Below are positions 29,260 to 37,380 of a stretch of 64,000 nt of DNA, piece by piece; the first letter of the stretch is position 1; each line of letters starts with the position of its first letter. Made by a program: the position numbers and the translations under genes. Source of the stretch: Candidatus Bathyarchaeota archaeon (GTDB taxonomy: Archaea; Thermoproteota; Bathyarchaeia; Bathyarchaeales; Bathycorpusculaceae); contig CAWEPZ010000009.1 of NCBI GenBank assembly GCA_963811105.1, positions 288,001 to 352,000 of the forward strand. Direction: 5' to 3'. Under the pieces are notes generated by a model that was given only the letters and a program-made list of their open reading frames with translations, was not told where the DNA came from and ran no database searches.

Positions 29260-29421
29260 TTACTCTACGAGTGGGATTGCTTCTCTCAGCACGTGTCTTA
29301 TTGCGTTGCTTCTTGTGAGTCCCCGTGCTTTTGACCATCTGTCGATTTCTTTGACGTACTCGTTTGACTCTTCAAAGGATACAGTTTGGTGACCTGTTCT
29401 AATTTTCTTCGATGTCTCCAA
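29260..29421 (-). CDS. CopG-like ribbon-helix-helix protein, 53 aa (not in ORF track)
   Basis: METSKKIRTGHQTVSFEESNEYVKEIDRWSKARGLTRSNAIRHVLREAIPLVE: strand-helix-GLTRS-helix; AGGAG RBS and TATA box upstream. Confidence 0.8.
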   Translation of the reverse strand: METSKKIRTGHQTVSFEESNEYVKEIDRWSKARGLTRSNAIRHVLREAIPLVE

Positions 29422-29576
29422 CTCAAATTTCTCCTTTTTTTCTTAGCACTTACTAAACCTTCTTAGTTTTAAAGGTTGCTAACAACGTGTCAATAACTGA
29501 GTAACTTAGTTACCGAAATTGATTGGAAAGTGACAATCTTCACCATCGAAGATTCCATGTGTCTGTCAACAACATG

Positions 29577-29602
29577 GGGTTTGTACAATATTGTACAAAC
29601 CC
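29577..29602. repeat. 26-bp perfect palindrome
   Basis: GGGTTTGTACAATATTGTACAAACCC. Confidence 0.9.
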
Positions 29603-29698
29603 TTCCAGAGTTCTGTCAACAGTCTTTGCTTGCAGAAAAAGGAAGACAAAACTTAGAAGCTACTTATCCAAAGAATGGTCAAAAAGGATTCCAACCAG

Positions 29699-29722
29699 TG
29701 CTTGTACAATCTTGTACAAGCA
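29699..29722. repeat. 24-bp palindrome with 2-nt centre
   Basis: TGCTTGTACAA-TC-TTGTACAAGCA. Confidence 0.9.
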
Positions 29723-29822
29723 TTAACTCTGTTGAGAAGGTTGATTCTCTCGAGACTGTAACTCAAAACTGCAAGCAACTGAGTAAGCCTTAAATTTGCT
29801 GTTCTACTTATTAGAACTTAAT

Positions 29823-29839
29823 TTCTAACAATTGGACTT
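29823..29839 (+). repeat. attR core TTCTAACAATTGGACTT
   Basis: Identical to 22117-22133; runs into the TATA-like CTTATATG of the next gene. Confidence 0.85.
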
Positions 29840-29883
29840 ATATGCTCCTTGCAATTTCTTATGTTCCTTGGGGGTTCAAGTGC

Positions 29884-30330
29884 TTGAACGGTAAAGAGGA
29901 AACTGACCTGGAATATGCGCTAAAAGGCAAAGCATGGAAAGTTTATTGGTTTCTACTCAAAACTGGCAATCCTGTGGGTGTCCGCGAGGTTCAACGTGCG
30001 CTGCATTTCAGCAGCCCAAGCATCGCATTTCATCATCTTGAGCAGTTACGAGAACTTGGATTGGTTCAGAAGCAAGAGATTGGTGGACACTACTCATTGG
30101 TTGGGGAAGTAAAAATCGGTGTATTACGTCACTATGTTAAGCTTGGGAAATTGCTGTTTCCAAGATATTTCTTCTACGCCTTATTCTCGACCATGTTCTA
30201 CATTTTGTATTTGACCATTCTGTTCAGCGGTTTCACCCGAGATAACTTATTCATACTCTCATTCGGAGCAATTGTCTGCGCAATATTCTGGTACGAAGCG
30301 TACCGAATTTGGGCAATGAGGCCATTCTAA
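29884..30330 (+). CDS. Membrane-anchored winged-helix transcription regulator
   Basis: VGVREVQRALHFSSPSIAFHHLEQL HTH plus two C-terminal TM helices; the listed ATG at 29842 lies in the TATA-like box, so TTG at 29884 is preferred. Confidence 0.85.
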   Translation: MNGKEETDLEYALKGKAWKVYWFLLKTGNPVGVREVQRALHFSSPSIAFHHLEQLRELGLVQKQEIGGHYSLVGEVKIGVLRHYVKLGKLLFPRYFFYALFSTMFYILYLTILFSGFTRDNLFILSFGAIVCAIFWYEAYRIWAMRPF

Positions 30331-30405
30331 CTATTAGAACAGCTTGTTCGCAGGCTTAGCATCAAATAAACACGTGCATTATGCTTTAGCAGGAGAAAAA
30401 AATGT

Positions 30406-32460
30406 ATGGTACAAAAAGAAGTTAAGAAAAAGACAACAAGATACGCAATCGTTGCAGTTCTCTCAGCCATAGTGATAGTTACATTAATCTATAGTTTCGG
30501 TGTAGCCCCAACTATTTTTCCGCCTGGGCAAACACCTTTTGTGGCGAGTATGAAAACGTTCTCTTCAATTGATGAACTTAAAACTTACATTACAAACAAT
30601 TCTTTGGGTGGTTCCTATTACAGCGGAGGACCATTGGATTCCCAGTTCTTCGGGAGCCCGCCTCCTATTCCTATGCCTGCATCTGTGTCTTTGTCTCAAG
30701 GTGTATTTGGCTCAGCAGAAACCAATTCCGCTCAAGCTAGTTATTCAACTACCAACATTCAAGTCGCAGGCGTAGATGAAGCAGACACAGTTAAAACAGA
30801 CGGGCAATACATTTACACAACAACGACAACTGAAAATTTACATTATTTTTCTGGTGATTTCGGAACCCAGTCAAGCAACACAGTTTATATATTAAACGCT
30901 GACCCGCAGAACCCCGAGGTTGTGACAAAAATAAATTTAGGCAATGACACTGAACCCGCGGGGCTATTTCTAAGCCAGGATGGCGGCAAACTTGTTGTTT
31001 TGGCAAGTAAATACCAATATTACAGTTACGGCAACGGGATTATGCCCCCTATGTCTGTCGGCACCAATGGCGGTATTGCAATGCCAATGCTTGCATCCTA
31101 TCACTCTGACGTTTATACATTCATCAACGTTTATGATGTAACAAACAAGGCTAACCCCGTGCTTGAGAGCAACTTCACGGTAAGCGGCAGCTACTTCAAT
31201 TCCCGCATGATTGGCAACTACGTTTACGTTGTCGTCAGCCAACCAGCAACAGTACAAAACAACGCTGTAACTCTTCCAGTAGTCTACAACGGCAAAGCCG
31301 AAACCAACATACCGCCAACAAGCATCTATTACACTGACATGGTAGAACCCAGCTACTTCACCTACACCAGCTTCTTTGGCATCAACATCTTAGATGACAC
31401 CCAGCAACCCACCAAACTGACTGTGATGATGGGTGGAGCAAGCACAATGTACGTTTCCCAAAACAACATGTATGTAACTTACCCAACTTGGACAAACGGC
31501 GGTCAATACACTGACATCTATAAAGTCAGCATAAACGGAACCGACTTGACCTTTGAAGCCCAAGGCAACGTGCCAGGCTACACAATAGATCAATATGCAA
31601 TGGATGAGAACAACGACCACTTCCGAGTCGCAACCAACTGGCAAGGCGTAACTACTTCAGCCCCAAATCAGCAGACTAGCTCAAAAATGAACAACGTCTA
31701 CGTGCTGGATTCAAACTTGACCATCGTGGGCAAACTTGAAGGCTTAGCAGAAGGCGAAAACCTACACTCAGTTCGCTTTATGGGCGATAAATGCTACCTT
31801 GTAACCTTCATAAAAACGGACCCCTTATTCGTCATTGACCTCAGCCAACCAACAGACCCCAAAGTTCTCGGTTCACTGCAAATCTCAGGATACTCAGACT
31901 ACCTGCACCCATATGACGAGACACATCTGATTGGCGTAGGCAAAGAAGCATCTGCATCTGACACAGGCAACTTTGCATGGTACCAAGGCATTAAACTGGC
32001 GCTTTTCGACGTAAGCAACGTAGACAACCCACAGCAGCTATCAAAATATATCATAGGCGACAGAGGCACAGATTCCTTAGCGCTCTCGGAACCTAAAGCG
32101 TTCCTATTTGACAAGGAAAAAGGTCTGCTGGTAATTCCAGTTAGCCTTGCACTTGTGGATAATTCTTCTGGTCACGCCTCTGCATCTTCGTATGGACAAA
32201 CGGTTTGGCAGGGCGCCTACGTGTTTAGCGTAAACTTAATCGGCGGCTTCACATTGAAGGGCACAGTAACCCACATTGACCCATCGCTGCTTAACAACCA
32301 AGGATACCTCAAAGACCCGAGCACCTACTATAGCACCCAAAACAGCCAAATAACACGATCACTGTACATCGGCAACACACTTTACACATTCTCAAACGCC
32401 GAAGTGAAACTAAACAGCTTAACAGACATGACGCAAATAGCACAAATCAATCTCACCTAA
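30406..32460 (+). CDS. Secreted/membrane-anchored beta-propeller protein (Beta_propel family)
   Basis: N-terminal TM; YSTTNIQVAGVDEAD.VKTDG, VRFMGD..YLVTF..DPLFVIDL and GYSDYLHP motifs. Confidence 0.9.
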   Translation: MVQKEVKKKTTRYAIVAVLSAIVIVTLIYSFGVAPTIFPPGQTPFVASMKTFSSIDELKTYITNNSLGGSYYSGGPLDSQFFGSPPPIPMPASVSLSQGVFGSAETNSAQASYSTTNIQVAGVDEADTVKTDGQYIYTTTTTENLHYFSGDFGTQSSNTVYILNADPQNPEVVTKINLGNDTEPAGLFLSQDGGKLVVLASKYQYYSYGNGIMPPMSVGTNGGIAMPMLASYHSDVYTFINVYDVTNKANPVLESNFTVSGSYFNSRMIGNYVYVVVSQPATVQNNAVTLPVVYNGKAETNIPPTSIYYTDMVEPSYFTYTSFFGINILDDTQQPTKLTVMMGGASTMYVSQNNMYVTYPTWTNGGQYTDIYKVSINGTDLTFEAQGNVPGYTIDQYAMDENNDHFRVATNWQGVTTSAPNQQTSSKMNNVYVLDSNLTIVGKLEGLAEGENLHSVRFMGDKCYLVTFIKTDPLFVIDLSQPTDPKVLGSLQISGYSDYLHPYDETHLIGVGKEASASDTGNFAWYQGIKLALFDVSNVDNPQQLSKYIIGDRGTDSLALSEPKAFLFDKEKGLLVIPVSLALVDNSSGHASASSYGQTVWQGAYVFSVNLIGGFTLKGTVTHIDPSLLNNQGYLKDPSTYYSTQNSQITRSLYIGNTLYTFSNAEVKLNSLTDMTQIAQINLT

Positions 32461-32519
32461 ACCCAAACCAATTTCTTTTTTTACTTTTTGCCTTAATGAA
32501 CTAAATAATAAACAAAACA

Positions 32520-35500
32520 CTACTTAGCGGATTTCGCGTAAACTTCAACTTCGACCACTGGAGCTGTTTTTCCTAAGAACTTAGACAGCGAACCTTTCCA
32601 TTTGGGGTTTGAGTTTGCAGTAAAGCCAACTGTTTGGGCAATGCCTCTCCACAGTAACGCTTTATCGTAATCTTTGGCATCTTGGGGCATGAATTCAAAG
32701 ATTGATCGACTCGCTACAACCACAAGTTTCTTTTTCATTCTGGAGATTGCGACATTTATGCGGTTTAAGTTCAGCAGGAAATCGCTTTCTGTGCGTATAT
32801 AGTCTGGGTCGCTTACAGTTGAAGATATTATTATGAAGTCGCCTTCTCCACCTTGGAAACGTTCAACCGTGTCAACCCGTACATTTTCGTAACCGTCAAA
32901 CAACAAATTCTTGACTATACCCCGCTGAGCATTGTGCGGTGTAACGACACCTACACAATCGGAACGTACACTGCGAACTAACGAATCAACAATCTGCGCT
33001 TCAACTGGGTTTGATTGAAAACTCTCAGCTTGGTCATGAACAATTAAGACAAGAATGTTCTCTGGCGCCAAAACGACCTTCAATCCATCTGTCGCTGGTG
33101 CAGGACAAGCGAGAGTCTGCGTTTGGTCGGAGCGAAAATCGATTCCGTCTTTGTTGTACACCCATTCTTTTAGAAACTGCGCAACGACTTGGTGGCATCT
33201 ATGCGTTTCGCTTAGCCGTTCTGTTGGAATGGTAGCTTTATGCAATGATTTAACATGTTCGATTCCAAGGTCCTCTTGGCGTAGCAAGCGAAGGAAATCC
33301 ATGGCGGAGAGAAATGAAGCCATTTCTTCGATGGTTCGGCGGTCCTCTTTTTCCCAATTATGTGCTTGAATCGGTGGCAGTTGTCGATGGTCTCCTGCAA
33401 CCAGAATTTGAGCATTCTTTTCTACAAAGGCTCCTGACAGAATCAGTTCAGGAAGTCGCATCATGCTTGCTTCATCAACTACTAGTAAATCAAAATAGCC
33501 CTCGTCCCACTGTGGCTCCTTGCCGCCGATTTTCTTCATGATGCCATATAGGCCGGGAGGTGTCACGCACAAAACCAAAGGAAAATCATCAGTTGAATTA
33601 GAAACTAGTTTTTCTTGGCTTGATAAGGCATCTTTTAACTCAGCAACTACTTCTTCATCTTCATTGTAGTTAACGTATCTGACTCCGTCAATGCTTTTAC
33701 GTGGAGCATTATTGAGAACGCGGTAAATCCGTAGGTTCGCTAAATCGCTCCCGCCTTCTTTACAATAAGTTCGCCAAGACTTTGCAAGCTTACTAACAAA
33801 TTCATGAATCGCCTTATGGGTAGGAGCAACCATCAAAACACGACATTTGCCAACCGCTTTGTGGGCTGATATATGTGCAAGAACCGCGGATTGCAAGGTT
33901 TCAGTTTTGCCAGTGCCTGGGGGGCCTTGAAGCATAACAACCTGTTCTCTGCCAAAGACGCGGTCTATAAAACGATTCTGCTCCGGCTTAGGTGGTAAAC
34001 TGGAATGTTTAATCCATGTCAAGAAGCCCTGTGCATTTTCTTTGGATAATGCAGCGCGTTCTGAAGATTTGCTTGTTCCCTCCAAGAACCCTGTTAACAG
34101 GCAGTAGAGCTCGTTATTGGCTGCATAGTCGAGGCATTTTGCCGCTCTCTCTGAAATTATGTCATCGACTAAGTCATCTAAAATGTATTTGCGTCCCACT
34201 TCAAAGAGCTGCATGTGCTTGCTGTTTTTGGCTTTGTCTTTGTCAGTGGTTGGAAGATTATGCCAAGTGCTGTACCGCCTACTTTTGCCGCTAGGCCAAC
34301 TGACAACTTTGATGGATAACTCCATTTTGCGCAAATCAACCTTTTCTAATATGACACGGGCGGATTTTTCGACTTGGGCAGGTGACCTTTGATTTGCTTC
34401 CTCAAATTGACCCCGCTCATTAATTGATATTTCCGTCGCAACCATCCAATCGCCCGAACCTGAATCATCTGACCCCTTAACTCGACATGCGTTAACAATG
34501 GCGTCTGCTCTAGGCAAACCAAGCCCTTCATAAATCAACTTTCCCCGAATAACAAAATCCCGATCAGTCTCTTCAGCGCTGATGCATTCAAAAATCAATG
34601 ATCTTCCTGTAGCTACCCGCTGGCATGGGAGCAAAGCATAATGTTGGTAGACTTCTTGGCGTTTAGCAAAATATTCGAGGTCTAGGAATTCTCGGCAGCT
34701 TCTCTCCAGCGTCGAGGATCCTAAGGTGAAGTCGGGGATTTTTGGAATGTTTATTGGTTTTTTTCCTAACCTACGATTGCGTATATTTAGTGAGCGTTCG
34801 ATGGTTTCAAGAGCTAAACAGAGATTTTGGCTGAGCAGCATTAAGTCTTCGTCGCTGACTCTGCGGGTTTTATGGGGGTAATCGCACCACAGTCGCTTTT
34901 CGATCATTATTCTTTCGTGGCCATCAACTTGGCTTTTGTCAAGGTTACCTTTTGCTCCCCAAATATACTCAATAGGAATTTGGTTCCCAAAACGGGCCCG
35001 TGCTGGATAATACCCTTCTTTACTTCTAAAGTCGTCAGAACTAAGTATGAATGATATTGAACCAGATCCACTGCGCGTGTAGGGCAGTTCAAAGTTAAAG
35101 AAGCCATCACGGAAAGCCAAACGCATGTCTAGGCGTGATCCGTCTTTGCGGTTAACCGTCCATTGGTTAGCTTCAAAGTAGCAGCATTGCTTAAGAACTG
35201 GCAGAAGTCCCGTGCTGTGATAGCCGACTGCTTTGCGCAGCATGATTTCGTCTTGAAGGATGGAAAACATAGGTTGATCGATTGCTTGCCTAAGACCCAG
35301 AAGATCTTGGACAGCACGAGCAGTCTTCAGTGTAGAGTGGCGGCGTACTGCTTCCATCAAATGGTCCCGCTCTTGCCGCGTGTAGAAGTATAGATGGATT
35401 GGTGCTTCGTCTGGGCTTCCCACTTCCACAGCAATGCAATTAATGGCTTTAGTTAGCTCTGAAAAGAAAGCTTCCAGAAGATTTCTTTCTTCCTCTATGG

Positions 35501-36929
35501 CTTCCTTTTGCTCTTTTGGCAGGAACCTGACAATTTTTGAAACGCATATCTCTTTTCCATGGTATCTTGTGCAGCTTACTCTGGCGCTAATAATCGAAAT
35601 GATATTTAGCAGATAATCCCATTGAATATGAAAGTACACGCGCACCATGCCGTCAGGTCCAAAAGAAAGCGACGTATCTGCTCCTTCCTGAGGACTGTCC
35701 TCAGGCAGAGTTCCGTAACCAGTGCCAGTAAGCCAAGGCATGTATCTTACCTTATTAACGTACGGACTATTAGGACGTACTGTTGAGAGCATGAATTGAG
35801 CTCTCTGAATTAGCCTGTCCAGTTTGCCGCCGATAACAGGGTCAGATGATAGTACCTGAACTTTTTGTAGGTCGACAGCTGGGATTTCCTTGAAGTTATA
35901 TGGACGCAAATCCTCTGTCTTCGGCACTACTTTCAGTTTGGCTAGGTCCTCTAGCCGTAAAATTCCCTGTTGACTCAGAGCCTTCTGCTCGCCCCTTGTC
36001 AAGTTCAGCAATGTAATACTTTCGTTTTCAACTGCGCAGACAATACAACACTCGTTGTAGCCGCAGTTATCACAACGCCAAGAAAGCTGATACTCCACTT
36101 CGTTCACAGGTTTTTGGTGGATTCGGTAGAGTTCACCACTTTTACTGAGGAGTCTTTGGATATCTTGGATTAATGGTTCAAGCCTAAAAGAAGGAAGACT
36201 TTCAGGCTCAAGCTTATCCAAATCCGATTGCTTGTTGATAACTCCGCCTTCAAACTCAATTTTACATGCAACCTCGCCTAACGCCTGCGTGAGCAATAGT
36301 ACATAGATGGCAACTTGTATGCGGTGAGCTGTCTGCTCTCTCCAAGATGATTTTATCTCGAAAATGCGAACCTTAACTTTCCCATTTCTGTTAGGCCATA
36401 TACCGATCAAGTCGGCTATGCCTTTTATATCCCATAAACCGATACAACCCCTCATCGGAGCTTGATAAATCAGAACAGGCTTGTATTTTACATCGGGGTT
36501 AGCAGAAAAAGCGTTTTCAACTATCTGCCTGATTGCATCCAATGATTTTGGCCAAGCCCTTTCCCATCCTTCTACTTGCTTTTTAGGGTCATAACAGGTA
36601 AAGTCGTGATAGTCAGCAACTTTTGCTTTTAACTCCAAAACAGTTTTTTCTTCTAATTGTTTGCCGGCAGAAAACAACAATGGGCTTAACGGCTTATGGA
36701 AAGCTTCAGGCCACTTCCTTTTTTTCTCTTCAGTATCTTCAAACCTTAATTTAAAATAGCGAGGGCAGCAGTCAAAGCGAATGTATTCTGCAATTCCAGA
36801 TGCATCAAGCGAAGGCATTTTTTTGGTTGATTGGTCGGGCGAGGTTTTGCTTGGTTTCAGACGTCTTATGCCTTTTGAGTATGTTGGTCCGATTTCTTGT
36901 GCATCTGGATTGCCTGATTTCTCTTCCAA
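32520..36929 (-). CDS. PD-(D/E)XK (Cas4/RecB-like) nuclease fused to an SF1 (Dna2/Nam7-like) helicase
   Basis: GIADL...EIK...Q..IY; Cys motifs CCPR and CDNCGYNECC; GPPGTGKT, DEASM, GDHRQLPP, TVERFQG.E and RINVAISR. Confidence 0.9.
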   Translation of the reverse strand: MEEKSGNPDAQEIGPTYSKGIRRLKPSKTSPDQSTKKMPSLDASGIAEYIRFDCCPRYFKLRFEDTEEKKRKWPEAFHKPLSPLLFSAGKQLEEKTVLELKAKVADYHDFTCYDPKKQVEGWERAWPKSLDAIRQIVENAFSANPDVKYKPVLIYQAPMRGCIGLWDIKGIADLIGIWPNRNGKVKVRIFEIKSSWREQTAHRIQVAIYVLLLTQALGEVACKIEFEGGVINKQSDLDKLEPESLPSFRLEPLIQDIQRLLSKSGELYRIHQKPVNEVEYQLSWRCDNCGYNECCIVCAVENESITLLNLTRGEQKALSQQGILRLEDLAKLKVVPKTEDLRPYNFKEIPAVDLQKVQVLSSDPVIGGKLDRLIQRAQFMLSTVRPNSPYVNKVRYMPWLTGTGYGTLPEDSPQEGADTSLSFGPDGMVRVYFHIQWDYLLNIISIISARVSCTRYHGKEICVSKIVRFLPKEQKEAIEEERNLLEAFFSELTKAINCIAVEVGSPDEAPIHLYFYTRQERDHLMEAVRRHSTLKTARAVQDLLGLRQAIDQPMFSILQDEIMLRKAVGYHSTGLLPVLKQCCYFEANQWTVNRKDGSRLDMRLAFRDGFFNFELPYTRSGSGSISFILSSDDFRSKEGYYPARARFGNQIPIEYIWGAKGNLDKSQVDGHERIMIEKRLWCDYPHKTRRVSDEDLMLLSQNLCLALETIERSLNIRNRRLGKKPINIPKIPDFTLGSSTLERSCREFLDLEYFAKRQEVYQHYALLPCQRVATGRSLIFECISAEETDRDFVIRGKLIYEGLGLPRADAIVNACRVKGSDDSGSGDWMVATEISINERGQFEEANQRSPAQVEKSARVILEKVDLRKMELSIKVVSWPSGKSRRYSTWHNLPTTDKDKAKNSKHMQLFEVGRKYILDDLVDDIISERAAKCLDYAANNELYCLLTGFLEGTSKSSERAALSKENAQGFLTWIKHSSLPPKPEQNRFIDRVFGREQVVMLQGPPGTGKTETLQSAVLAHISAHKAVGKCRVLMVAPTHKAIHEFVSKLAKSWRTYCKEGGSDLANLRIYRVLNNAPRKSIDGVRYVNYNEDEEVVAELKDALSSQEKLVSNSTDDFPLVLCVTPPGLYGIMKKIGGKEPQWDEGYFDLLVVDEASMMRLPELILSGAFVEKNAQILVAGDHRQLPPIQAHNWEKEDRRTIEEMASFLSAMDFLRLLRQEDLGIEHVKSLHKATIPTERLSETHRCHQVVAQFLKEWVYNKDGIDFRSDQTQTLACPAPATDGLKVVLAPENILVLIVHDQAESFQSNPVEAQIVDSLVRSVRSDCVGVVTPHNAQRGIVKNLLFDGYENVRVDTVERFQGGEGDFIIISSTVSDPDYIRTESDFLLNLNRINVAISRMKKKLVVVASRSIFEFMPQDAKDYDKALLWRGIAQTVGFTANSNPKWKGSLSKFLGKTAPVVEVEVYAKSAK

Positions 36930-37380
36930 TGTTAGCGCTCCTCTCTCCTGTGAACAAGCGAATGTTGCTTAAATGTCATATCCATGTTTAAAGCCATATC
37001 CAAAAAGCTTCAAATTCGCATAGAGGAAAACGAAGGCTATTGTTTGGTTTCATATTTTTTGGTGATATCACTCTCGCAACAATTCCCTTTTTTTATAAAA
37101 ATATTAGTTTGATTTCGGAGTTCCAATAAGGCCTTAGGAACCATTCTCCGGAAACTAAGTAAGTCTTTTTTTTGCTTCTAAAAGATTAAAGTAGCAAAAA
37201 TTTCCCGACTTCCCTTTTTTGTATTGAGAACTAATTTATGGCAGAGTCCTTGCTTTCGAAATTAGCAACATAGTGTTATGTAGTCAGTGGCCACTTTCCA
37301 CTCAGGATTATAAGCAATTTGTTATAACTTGAATATGGGAAAGATGAAAAAACCAAATCATTTTTTTCTATGAATTTGAG

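Larger units (their letters stand above)
22117..29839. mobile_element. ~7.7-kb site-specifically integrated element (plasmid/satellite-like)
   Basis: 17-bp direct repeat at both ends; integrase at the left end; RHH-to-MCM-like operon running inward from the right end. Confidence 0.88.

Noticed and set aside
29523-29793. Plus-strand ORFs over the element's right end
   Set aside because: No recognisable motifs; they span the palindromes, and the region is better explained as cis-acting DNA.
32520-36929. Calling the large protein a CRISPR Cas4 or Cas3
   Set aside because: The helicase is SF1, there is no HD domain, and there is no array or other cas gene.
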